A stretch of 64,000 bases of DNA from Botryllus schlosseri (taxonomy: Eukaryota). This document shows positions 23,236-35,679 of this stretch, in pieces (the stretch's first letter is position 1; every line of letters starts with the position of its first letter). The notes beneath the pieces are model-generated. The model saw nothing but the letters and a program-made list of their open reading frames with translations. It did no database searches and had not been told where the DNA came from. The DNA lies in NCBI GenBank assembly GCA_051294905.1, contig CM119372.1, positions 30,816,001 through 30,880,000 on the forward strand, written 5' to 3'. The translations under genes were made by a program, and so were the position numbers.

Positions 23236-25524
23236 AATCGCAAAATTTATTGGAAATATCTACTTTGACGTAGATGGTGCAAATGACGTCAATTTTCCTG
23301 CCGGATTACTAAATATATTACAATTTCAATCACAAAACGCAAAAAAACTTGATTTAGAAATTTGGAACGTATTGTTCTGCATGTATAGTTCATTATATAT
23401 ATATATAGGTCGACTTTGAACTTGGCGTACGTCACAATGTTGCATCAAACTGTAGTAGCCCACAACTCGCTTAAGACCAATTGTGAATGCTAAGGAGATT
23501 TTTAAAAAGTCATGAAATCTCGACAGTACGTTCCGTCAGTTGGCTGTATAATAGAGGCTAGCAAACAGAAAGTCGCAAATTTTTAAAAAGAAACCGCTGC
23601 ATTTACCAGAACTACGCCTTTGTAGCAGGAACTTAAATAAAGCTACGTAGAATACATGTAATATCAAAAAGGCAATGGGAAAGTCTCATTAAATTGTAGT
23701 CTCCAAAATTCTCTTTTGAATTGCATACATTTTGCATAATTACATTTTGGGTGAATCTTGGTTTTTGAAGGTTCACCGATTCGCCAATTCTTACCCAAGC
23801 TAAAAACGCTGAGAAGGGTGAGACATCCAAATCAGCAGTTCTCCTCAACCCTTTTTGGTGTGGTGAAATCCTAAAGCTGTTGTTAGGAACTCACGAACTC
23901 TGTATACTTGGACGCAATCAATGTATTTATATAGTTGATAGCTGATTGCCAGAAATAAGGTCAGCCTTCTTCGCGAACGACTCGCACTGGGTTCAAAACT
24001 GCGGCTTAATTGAGTGTGACAAATTTGTTTCGTACTGGTGCAGCGCATGCCTGGGGCATAGTAGTTAACGAGCACTCTTCGGTACCATTCATTTCTTATA
24101 TGTTAGGTTGTTAGGTTATAAAGTTGTCGCAGGGAATTGTTTCAATGAGAAAATGCACTTACTATCCGCGCCATGGCCAGAGACGTAAATGTTGGTCTTC
24201 ACATAGATGACTGGGGAGGCGTCGTTGTGATCCACAGTTTTTGCAACACGGAAACCGAGATGTTGGAAGAAGTGCCGGCGAAACCAAAACCGGGTATAAG
24301 GAGATGCCATAACGCCACTCGAGACCCAGCTTCCGCCATGGAAAAACACAGAGCGTTGGGATCAATTAACTACATTGTAGTGCAGTGGTTGTCGAACTGG
24401 ATTCCGTGGTCCTTTTGGAGTCCACGAGACAATTTTTCAGGACCGCCAAGCATGTTCTAAAAATGCAAACTATCCAGAAAATTAAATGTTATTACTTATT
24501 TCTAATCCAAACTCGATGGCGGCCAGACATTATAGTCGTTAATCAACATAAGCAGAGTATTTTGGTGCAGAATCATTCAATTTTAAATTTTAGTGTCACT
24601 ATTATGCATTTCTTAATTTTATTTTGTGTATGCCCAATTGCCCACTCCCGAACAAAATACACGCATCATTTTATAGAAGTCAAGTCTACCTATATTCGAA
24701 ATTATGAGAGCATGAGAGTTGAAATATTTAATTCTAGGGGTGCGCAACCTGCGGGTGCATCATAGGCATTCCAGCACTGACCATTTCCGCGCCATGCAAC
24801 ACGAAGACATATGAAGGAAGGGTTTGCCAACATGAGACTGCACGAGAAGTGCGCTGCCAAAAAGACCACTGGCGATAAAACCGAGTGGCTCAAAATTATC
24901 ACCGCATGTTGGCCGGAACCTAGATATTGATATGTTCAAGCACCGAATAGTCCTAATCTATGCCCCGCGCGATAGGAATGCGACCAGCGGAGGGAAATAA
25001 TGCTTCCCGTATTGGAATGCGAATTGAAAAGGGATTTTTCGTTTAGTTCAATCTGGCAGGTGTGAACGATTTAAATATCTTTTGAGTACGGCAGCGATAA
25101 TCATTACCCGAGTTCACGAAATAACAACAACAACAACTTCAACAAAGTAATTTTTATTATTGACAAAATTGATTCCCCAACTTGCTTTACACGACAAGAA
25201 AACAACTGCACACTGATTTTCATACCACTGGTTGGTTCTTAATGTGCCGTTACGCAAAAAACATTTAGCTGTAGGTACATTACGGTGGCTTTTTGAAGAA
25301 AGTGGCTGCGGCCAAAATTTTTTTCGATCTGTTTTTCAATTTGAGACCACATCATTTTTAGAGCGCACTGTCCCTTCAAGTATCACTGATCACGCCTATG
25401 GAATAGTGTTGCGTGGTCTCCCTTTGTTTAATTCGTTTTATCTCAGACCCCATTTGCATGTAACACTTTACATTTAGATTATAAGATTTTGGTCTAGTGA
25501 ACTCAACATTAGAAATCGATCATC

Positions 25525-27555
25525 GATATATAGCCTACCAGGAGAGGGTAACTTCTCCAGTCGGCGGGCCGGCTATGGGGAATTGAAGTACTTGGCTGGC
25601 CGGATTCCTGAATCGATACAACAAACGCGTATTTATCCGCATATACAAGGATCAACTGTATTTCATGTACATTTGTAGTTTGAAGCATAGAAACCAATAC
25701 AGTATTCAATGAAATTATTAAATTAATGTATTTCAATAGCTGTTGAAGTCATTGATACATATGTGGTCGATCAAAGTTGTCAACAGGTTCTCTGAGCCCG
25801 GGCTGCATGTTCCACACAAAGAAAACAATTACGGTAAATAGTTTATTCAATTGTATAGTGAAGTTCTGTACCTCCAAGAAGATCTACAAAGAAAACAAAG
25901 AACTCAAGAATAACTAAAAATCACTATTATTTGTGTCTGAAAAAAGAATGAATAACCTACAGTCACTATAATTTGACGTTGAGTAAGTATTGGAGAATTG
26001 CGGCAGACTGTGACCATGGACCGTATTCTGCGCGGTCCTGGTACAATGTATATTATATACGAACGAGGGCTACGGGATTTTTCCAAATTTACCAAAATAT
26101 CAATTCATTACGGTTGAGTACATGCATAAATGTCGGTAATGCGATCCTTTTCGTGTTGACGAACTTGAACGCATAAGCTCCATTCTCGAACTCTACTCAC
26201 ACACACACTGTAAAGCAGACCTGGGCAAAGTGCGGGCCACAGAACGATTCTGAGAGGCCCGCGAAAGTTGCTTGGAATTCAAAATATAAAATGTACTTTT
26301 GAATATTAATGCGTAGGCTGTATCAACTGAACCGGAAATTCGTCACATGCGTAATCCTGATTCAAAACAAAGTCAATGTAGCAAAATAGAAGAATTCAGG
26401 AGAAGTCACTGTTTCCATATAGTTTAGTTCAACCCTTATCTGTTTCCATAGTCGCATTACATTATCCTTTCATCAAATTGTCACGTGATGTTTTACGGAT
26501 TAGGGATTTGGTAACGTTTTTTTGAGTTGTAGCCTATAATTATGCCGTAAGTGTGTAAAAACTCATGTTGTATGAGCCTGCGGACGACTATTACCACCCG
26601 ATATAGCCGACGTAAACGATATGGGATTGTCGGAACCCCCGAAATAGTCGGTTCAACAGCTATATTACGTAGATAAAGATCATTGGTACAGAATGAATGT
26701 TCTGATGATGACCGCCGACCATAAAAATGCTGCAAGACAATTTAGACCTGGTTAAAGATGTTTTTGGTCCGTATATGACAGGGGTTGGAAGCCTATTTCG
26801 TTAAAGGAGCTATATTTACCTTATATGTTCAATTGTGAATATCAATTCACTGTGACATCATAATTTAATATGCGTGACGTCATGGTTTAAAAAACAAAAA
26901 CAAAAAAAAAACATCTTTCAAACAAGTGCCTTATTTTAAATTGATTTCTGTTTTAAACACTACCCCACACTCGGCCAAGAGAGGGAGAATTTAGGAAGAA
27001 CTGTTAGCTTCACTGAACAAGAAGATGTAGGCCTTTTCACCAAGTTGACCACTGCTCGGGCGACAGCAACCAAGAATGGATTTGTTTTATCCCAAATACA
27101 TTTCAATGTCTTAACAGAAAACGCGTCTGGGGTTCAAAAAAATAGTTAAAAATGTATCATGTTCAACATTGTTTAAAATTTTGACAGCGAATAAATACTA
27201 TATTTTTTGTTAAATAACCGTCACTCGTTCATTACCGAATATCAACACGTCCACTGAGCAGCATGTATTAACAATGTAATTTACTGTTTTCAATTTAGGA
27301 ATAAAATTAATACGCTGAAGAATATAGTTGAATATGTTGACTCGGCTCGCCAACGTATTCTCGGCTCGCGGGGAAAAATAATTGCCCACCCCTGCGTTAC
27401 TACAGAATAACCTACTGTAACTATCATTTGAAGTAATAAGCAAGTGGTGGGTGATTGTGGCATACTGTGGCCGCGGGCCATACTATCATGTACGAATGGA
27501 AACTCACTGTGAGCGGCTCAAAATCAGGTCGCGGGACGTATGTTGCTCGTCCCTG
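25525..27555. mobile_element. Copy-1-specific composite insertion of DNA transposon/MITE pieces in an ovoA intron
   Basis: Absent at the equivalent site (about 55705). Contains GCGGGCC/GGCCCGC subterminal motifs, CAG..G / CCCTG ends, and a segment (26520-26960) similar to 52145-52460. Confidence 0.6.
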
Positions 27556-30500
27556 ATATATACCATAATCATAGTATGTTTTCCATCATAGGACGGATCC
27601 GCAAAGTCCGAATGTAGAAAATGAACTTCTTCTCCCGGTAATCCATTCATGTGGTCTTCCACCCATTCCCAAACGTTCCCGAAGACGTCACAAAATCCAC
27701 CGTCAGAAGGTGGAAACATATTTACGGGCTGTGAAAAATTGATGACATACATTTGGTAAATTCACACTATCAGATTCGCTATTTACAATCATACAGTTGG
27801 TGAGCCATAATACAAATCAAGATTGTGCCTTGTTTTCCCCGTGCCATTAACCGCTGACGATGCGGAATCATTACGGAGCGAGGTTCTCATCACGTGATGT
27901 TCCGCTTCTGTTGGCAAGCGGAAATTTGGTCCTCTCCAAGCGCAGTATGCCTTAGCTTCTAAGTAATTGACTTCCACTGGCCAGTCGAGAGGCAATGAGA
28001 TGACATCAAACATCAGTCGTAGTCTGGAAAATGTTTCCAATCTACAGAAAATTGACGTGTCGACTGCACGCCTATGCACACGATTATTTAGCACATATCA
28101 GCGTATGTATTCTTTATCCTAATCTCGCTGCAGATAAAAGATACAATTCCAAATACAGCTTAAAACCAATCATGAAATCAAATCCCCTCCTAACCCAGGA
28201 AAAATCTGCAAAACTGTTTCCGTTTCAAAACCGAATTCTAATCCATGGTAATCTGCGTGGTTTAGACAGTCCTACCGGAATCCATCGGTATCCGACATGC
28301 AGTGGGTGTAAGCGGCCAAATTGTTTCCGCAACCGGACTTGCATCTTTGAGAGCATACCCAGAATGTCGGGTGCCTGTGAACAGAAGATTCCAAGTGAAT
28401 TTTACAAGTTTAACTTCGCGCAAAATGGCACTGCAAATCGAAAGGGTGATAATATGCATTGGTCGGTTTTCCGATATTTCACCCATGTATGGAGTATAAA
28501 TGAGATTTGGTACAAAATGCAACTTTCATGCCCGTGCATGGGCTGGGGTGTGTTCTCTTGACGATTACCAAACCTGCTCTTATCTAAATGAATACCAGTC
28601 AGCGTCCAGGATCACCGGACCACTACCTAACAAATCGATCTCACCTTTCGGCACCTTCCTATTTTTTCATTGTATCGCAATTTTTGTGGTGTTTTAAAAT
28701 GATGAAAATATTAATAGACTGATACTGATACCACCCCCAGAAGAAGCGAGAGGGTGGTCCCCGCTATCAAAATCCCCCCCATGAACATGACCTCATTCGC
28801 ATGGATGTAGTAGGCTCGTTCAAACCTATCGGTATGGGTGTGAATGCCGAATTATGTACCGGTAAGCGCCGCTGGTTTGATTTTCACCCCAATCCGTGTC
28901 GAAACTCTAGAAAAATCACCTAGTCTTAATCCATTCGATTTACGGTGGGATTTGATATTTCCAAGCTTGGATGTTTTGAATTCAATTTTGGTTGAAATAA
29001 CCCGTTTGACGAATAGAACTTTTGATTTATCCAGACAGAAGAAATTCAATTATGAATTGGTAAAGTCTCAGTCTAAAATCTCCTTGTAACGGTATAGAAT
29101 AGTCTCGGTACGTTCAGTAGTGTCTTACGCTTTCATAATGTTCATTAGTTCTCTTATTCATACCTATTACCTATATACGATCGCCATGCCCATTAATTTC
29201 TTGTTAAAATACAGAGAGAGTCAGTCAATGTCACCTCGCATCCCTAAAAGTCTTCCACGTCCATCCTTCTTTACTCCAGAATGCCCTGTTTTCGTACCCA
29301 ACCGATCTCACGAATTCCAGATATTCTCCATTAGTTATGAGAAATTTTAAACCCGCAAATTTCGAAACTCTGTCGAGCGATACAATTCGATTACAAAAAT
29401 GTCTTGGATTCGGGTTCTAAGAGATATGTAGAAAGAAAAACGAAATCATAGGGTGGTATTAAAATGTGTGGTTGGTAAATTTAGCACTGGTTCCGGTACG
29501 TCTACCCTCAAGAAAACGAATGTTGACGCAAATTTCTATGCATACGAAATTTGAAGCGGTTTACGTAAGGCATTCAGAAAGATTCCAAGGGTAAAGTCAA
29601 AGTAACATGTTTCAAAGTTATTGAGGTAAGTGGGATTAGCATATGGTAATTACGTCATCAGACGCTTGGCCTGGCATGTGATCATCCCAACATTACTGTG
29701 CCGCGGTAAAGAACAAAACCTCCTTTCTATGCGGTTACATAAATTTTCATATGTATCAAAACAGAATGTACGGGCGTCAAATAGAAAAGAGGTTACGTGG
29801 CCAGATTGAACTCGCGTAAGAATTCAGGCGTAGTATGCCCTGCACGTTTAAATTATATCGTAGAAGTCCTAGTGATAACGCAATAACGGGCGCGGTAAAT
29901 TGATCAACTCAAGTTATGCAATCGTGTAGGTGTCATTTGCGACCACCCTATACTACATATTGATGCCCTGACTGGCACAGGCCACGAAGAAAGACAGTAA
30001 ACAAACACTATATATAGTGTAACAATCAAAGCAAATTATCATTATTATATTCTTTATTCACAGTAAAACTGGTAAACACACACATAATCCGGGGAGCAAC
30101 CTGCCCCCAAAGGAAAATGGCGAGATTGGAGTAAATTTTTAAAATTACAGTAATACAGTCAAATTGTTATATCTATGCAATACATGGAGAAGTCAGATTA
30201 CAGAATTGCAGTAGATGAAGAATTGACAAGGGTTACAGTTATGCTGTAATTCACAAGTGTAATTTTAGTCCAGCGGCAAGGGTTACAATTATGCCGTGAT
30301 TCACAAGTGTAATTTCAGTCCAGCGGCCTTCCGAAGAATATGCACAGCGCCCAATAATATTATTATTATTATCGTAAAAAGTAGTAGTGGCGCTTATCTC
30401 TCGTAAGGGTCTGGTACGCAAATAAAACAGCACACTCCAACCAAACAATAAAATATAGTGAAATATGTCGACGTACAAATTATCTAAGCGAGACATATAT

Positions 30501-31504
30501 CGCGAGATGGTTTGAAAATCCCACCTCAATTTCCTACTTCCGTTCTCGTTACTCCATCCCCACGTATTCGAATCGAAGTTTTTTCCCAAGGTTACTATGG
30601 TATCACCGGCATCAACCATAGGATTTTCGGAGAATGGCTGGGCTGTAATTACGTCATTGTTAACATCGCAAAAGGAAAGACTCGAGCGCATAACCTGTGG
30701 CTCAGAGCACAACAACGTACATGAAACATATTATAAGCGTATTATCACATCATGTGAGAATAATACGAAATTGGTCTGCTTTTCCACGAATATTCCCGAT
30801 TGGGGCGTATCTCAATTCGGTGGATTTGTGGTAATTGCGTATATTATATTTAGCTCCTTTTGTCATGCTGCTGTTACGCATAGTGCAGTCGTAGTGGAGG
30901 CATTTTATCGTCATAGCTGGGTGGAAGCGAATAGAAAAATCTCATGACAAAATGATAAACACCCCAACATAACTCAGAAATGTAATTTTGTATATGCAAT
31001 AGGTGAAAAAGGCCAAGGTCATTTTCGTCGATGGGATTGATCCATATGGATCAATAGCGGGATGAATAAAAAAAACATTGAGAGGGTAAAATCTTTTTGA
31101 CGATAAAGCGATGTCACGGATTTACTATGACGTACTAAACATTAACAATGATCAAAAGTGAATTTTGGGCTGCTACAACGCCCTCGGAAATCGAAATATA
31201 AGTTTGAATATATACGCTTGAGTTTTGGATTCTAATCTTATCGCATAACAACGTTACGATTGTCGTGGTATCTGTCGCCATTATGAAAGCCTTTCTGGTG
31301 TCTATCGACCAAGTATTCACAGCTCAGCACCTGATGGAGATAAAGAGTAAAAGCAGATTCTGATACTCGGCAATGCCATTGGCCATACAATGGTAATAGC
31401 GATGGCGAATGGCGATTCGAACGCTGATTGCAGGGAAGATATCCAACCCTGCAAGCACCACAGTAACTATGGTGACACTATCGAATGTAAACGGTTACAG
31501 TTGT

Positions 31505-31610
31505 TGTTAGGTTAAGGGTTCGGTTAGGTTAGTGTTAGGGTTGTAGATCGGGTTGGGTATGGATTGATTTCGGGGTTAGGCTTGCGTTTAGGGTTAGTTT
31601 AGTGGTTATA
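31505..31610 (+). repeat. Degenerate (TTAGGG/TTAGG)-like simple repeat
   Basis: ttaggttaagggttcggttaggttagtgttagggtt...; the counterpart at 61300-61360 and 61810-61845 is split by a MITE. Confidence 0.7.
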
Positions 31611-33642
31611 TAGTCACACGCCCAATTTTCGCATGCTACAGTGTCGGGCAGCCATCTGATCACGACGCATACATTTATTCCATAAACAATCTATCTCACC
31701 AGACGAAAGCGGGGCGTACGCCCAACCCTGTGGCCTTTCCACCATTTCTACTGGTAGCTGACGTATTAGCACGGAAGACGTTTCCAAATGAACTCTCTCA
31801 TGTTCCATCCCCATGAATATCGCCCACCATTTGCTATCCTGGGTTATCGGAAGGACCAACGGGGAGTTCAAAATGGTCCTGCGAACAAGCTCTCGAACCT
31901 GCAATATTTATTAGACTGTACTCTTTCGGTAAACTGGCCGTGACTTTCTATTACACCGCTGTAAGAGTTTCAGGGATGGGTATGACGAATCGCTAGTTTC
32001 ATTTCGCTGATTTCAATTTGAATTAGCCTACATTTGATTCTGCATAGCTACAAATCAAGTCGTTCGAATCTAGTATCCAATGAATTTGTATTTTGTCATT
32101 GAACTAGGCCGTTTTGATTTACATCTCTAAACTCCTATAAGAGTAGTCTACTATCTGGATTGCGCTGATACGTTCCAAAATGATTTGAAACTTGAAGATA
32201 TGGTACATGTCAGGGATATCAAGAATTCCTCTAGCTATTCCTGATGTAAGCAAGCAAAAAGGCCGATGGAAACGAATTTACATTAAACGCGAAAGTTCTG
32301 TTTGTGTAATATAATTTTGAGCGCTTCACTGCGTTTCAAACGCATATTGGCGGCAGCAACTCGAAATCGAATGGGTTGATTGTGATGCCGATGAATTGAA
32401 ATTCTTTAAAAAAAAGCAACTCCTTTTGGTGTTGTCTTTGTCACATTTTACTGATTCCAAGGAAAACAAAAAGATCACCACCCAATATTGCAGCTTCGCT
32501 TCACTTCGCGTCAACTCAATGAAAACCGGCCTTAATACAGTTGTTCGTGTACGCACTTTGCGCCACACGTGTTCACATCATACCGGTAGGTTGAGGTAAA
32601 TAAACATTTAAAAATATTGATTTGATTCCAGGTACGATATTCAAATTGGATTCCAATTGTATCGGGTTCGATTGTGTGTTCATCCGATATTTATTGATCA
32701 TATTGGGCTTAATGATGGTAGTAAAGTTCACGGCTGCTTCGTCCCGTAGAGTAGGCCTATGTTACAATGTGAAATTTTAAAGACCACACCTTTAAACGAT
32801 ACGCTCTGGCTTCCTCCAAAGGAGGCCATTTCAACGCTCCCCCCATTCTATAATTTTCAACATCGTCCCATGCCATTTCGTCGACTCCAGTCTCGAAAAG
32901 TGCCTCAAACTCGACATCAACACGTTCCTAATAACAAAAAACAAAACATAGCACATTGGTAAGTCGAAAACCCACACCATGATGCCCGAGGGCAAAACTC
33001 ACACATACCGTCAGTAACCCAGCCAGTAACATTTTATTGACAAACACAACAGCCGTGTAGGCATAATAGAAGACAAGCGGCATTCGAAGTCTGTCTGGTG
33101 TCTTGTAGAAATACTTTTCCTCTGAAAACACGACGTTGGACCGCATTCCAAAGTGGTATATTCATTACTATTTCACCGTGTTATTGTACTATCAGAGAGC
33201 ACCTCACTGTAGCGACTGTATAGCATGTAATGCTATCATCGAGTTACTATCTGTAAGCATAACCTAAATGCATTTCAATTAGTGGGTCAATTGATTTGTG
33301 TTTGGCAACTAGTAAACATTAGGGGATTCCGAGGAGAGAAATCGTCAATCCCAGGGTTCAAACGTTCAATACGTTTACCTTTTATTGATGTAAATAGCCA
33401 TTCGTTGAGCGAGTATCCGTTTTCAAAATACTCAAGTATTTGCCTGTGATAAAGAGCGGGTGTTAAATCTTGAACGCCTACACATTGACAAAAATTAACT
33501 ATTAGCCTACTACCGGGCAGTTAGTGAAAAAGCAACATTTGTATTTCCAAAGCAACGGAATTATAGACTTTTGCAGGCTAAGCTTTTCTTTCGTCCCCAC
33601 CGACCACCGGTTTACACGTGCTTAGCTTGTGATACAGCTGAT

Positions 33643-34435
33643 CAGGACCGAAACAGCACTTTGGAAGCCCCCCCCCCAAAAAAAAACGCTGGTCTTGGGC
33701 CTTCCATGGGGTGATAGAATAAACTTTTGGGGGGATTCGCCCCCAGACCCGCCATCAACCTATACGTTTTACCGCTAGTTATCAGCGAGATTTTTTGTAC
33801 TGTTTTGTATTCAGATTATATCGTCTAACCGCGCGAAGCGCGTAAATTTTCTGTAATTCATGCTTGAATCGGTCAATATGATCAGGAATTGCATATATAT
33901 TGCTCTCAATTTTTAATCCTCTCTTAGCTCACATAATCAAATTTGGTAGAGCTGAGTAAGGATTCTTGGAAAATGTATAGGGCCCGTAAATAATAATTAA
34001 ACATATTCGGGCGGACCCGTTGGTAAAATGACTTGGTTTTATGATGTTATTTCGTGACCTCCTGTCTGCTATGTCAAAAGATATTGAAATCATCAAAATG
34101 TACCAAACTTAAAGACACACACGGTTTCAAATTGGTATTTCTGCACTGTCAAATAATCTTTCTCTGCGGGATGGATTTGTCTTGTGGGGTTCAGATTGCC
34201 AGGACAGGAACAATCAGCGCTAGCCATTTAGGCGCCAATGGACCAATTCAACATATATCGAAGTTTTCGGTCAGCATAAGGACAGTCCTTTTCGGCCAAG
34301 ATTTCCAAGGTGCCTTTCGTTCTGGCACACTTCATGAAGTCGCATGGTACATGGCCTAAAACTTCATATGTCTTGGTGCGTCGTGGTGCGGTAATGGCCA
34401 ACGCTGAAATTTGGGGTGCAGCAGTTACGGTCCTG
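33643..34435. mobile_element. hAT-type MITE (CAGGGCCGTAAC family)
   Basis: TIR CAGGACCGAAAC / GTTACGGTCCTG; TSD CAGCTGAT/CGGCTGAT; empty site near 63812; internal similarity to 40267-41549. Confidence 0.82.
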
Positions 34436-34815
34436 CGGCTGATAATGATATAATTGGAGCAAATGAGCAGGTCCGGATAGCCATTAGAAACGATAGTCTA
34501 ATTCTCTTGAGGGCATGGAAGTTCGTGAGCACTATTGGTCACATACTTTCAATCTAAACTGTATGAATGGCTTCACAAAGAACAAGATGAAATGAATTGA
34601 GCAAGTTGTGTATAAAGGATCGGTGTTGTGGCGGATTTAGTAAACGAGGTTAGTTGAGTCAAGGATAGGGATATGTGGGCAAAGCATATAATACAGTATC
34701 ATCACTAACTTTCCAATTTTAACACAGAAATACAGTTGGAATTGTTTATATCTCATGAAAATAAATCTTCAATTGCCTCTCTCCCAACTATATGTTCACG
34801 GTCGATGATTTAGCA

Positions 34816-35679
34816 CAGTGATTCCCAACCCGGCTCCCAGCTAGCATTCTTGCGGCTCCCATTGACGTTTGAAAATCCCACCAAAACATTTAAAAATCAA
34901 TTTACAACAAAAAAATATACCTATTCATGTTCAAAAATTAGCCTTGCTTGGCTTGGAGTTTGGCGTTTATAATTAAGGGTGGGGACCAATTCCTCTGCTG
35001 TAGAGTAGCAATTCTCTACTCAGCAACGATTTCGTTATTCAACTCACGCCAAAGAGTAAACTCACTGATCGGCACTCAAATTTAAGTCAGCTCACCACCA
35101 GACTCAAGTGCAGGTGGTGTTACAACACATTTTCCAATGGTATATGACCATCAAACCAATGGATCATTTGATGCATACAACAGGCTTATCAGCAACTCTT
35201 GATGAGTTCAATCGCCGCATTGACGGAATGAATGCTTTCTTGCCCATGATGAAAGTGAAGATTTTACTTGAATTTCGGAGTCAAATTCCAGAGGCAAAGT
35301 ACCTCAACTTGATAACCAGTGCCCAGAAAAACGATTCTCTATTATGACCAACTTATGCATGTGAGTCAATTTTTAGCAAAATGGTCAGAATCAAAAATCG
35401 ATTTTGCAATCGATTGACCGATGATCACCTCAAGCAGCTACTACGTACTGCATTCTCGGCAATTATGCGTCGCTTTGACAAACTTCTTGCAGCTCAAAGC
35501 TAATGCCAAGTTGGACATTAAATTGACTTTTTGTTGTTGTTAGTGTTGCTATTCGTTGGTAGGCCCAAGCGCTTTCATTCTTTAAAAATTTTATACCTAA
35601 TCAGTGTATATGTGCGGCTCCAAAAGTACTATGAAATTTGAAATGCGGCTCCAACACCATAAAAGGTTGGGAACCACTG
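34816..35679 (+). mobile_element. hAT (Charlie/Buster-like) internal-deletion derivative
   Basis: TIR CAGTGATTCCCAACC / GGTTGGGAACCACTG; TSD ATTTAGCA/ATTTAGAA; remnant YACESIFSKMVRIKNRFCNRLTDDHLKQLLR (hAT C-terminal dimerisation-like) at about 35350-35450. Confidence 0.87.

Larger units (their letters stand above)
20599..33443 (-). pseudogene. ovoA: OvoA copy 1: divergent paralog, structurally damaged (probable recent pseudogene, or source of an in-frame shortened isoform)
   Basis: 12 exons with lengths identical to copy 2: 33443-33379, 33121-33009, 32927-32790, 31898-31700, 30642-30525, 29369-29235, 28374-28276, 28023-27795, 27728-27564, 24337-24163, 22051-21973, 20741-20599. No internal stops or indels in these exons. 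The acceptor before 24337 reads CAT instead of CAG, and three methyltransferase exons are absent (junction 22989/22990). No start-codon exon was found. Confidence 0.8.
10750..34620 (+). repeat. Segmental duplication, copy 1 (ovoA plus 3' flank)
   Basis: Collinear similarity to 46135-64000 in both exons and introns, e.g. 10821 vs 46201, 13700 vs 46450, 19925 vs 46740, 34520-34620 vs 63880-63990. Boundaries are approximate. Confidence 0.9.

Noticed and set aside
29660..29810. Intronic block well conserved between copies (vs 59570-59715) as a hidden exon or regulatory element
   Set aside because: The flanking exons already join in frame, no convincing splice-bounded ORF was found, and the surroundings look repeat-derived; the conservation was not quantified.
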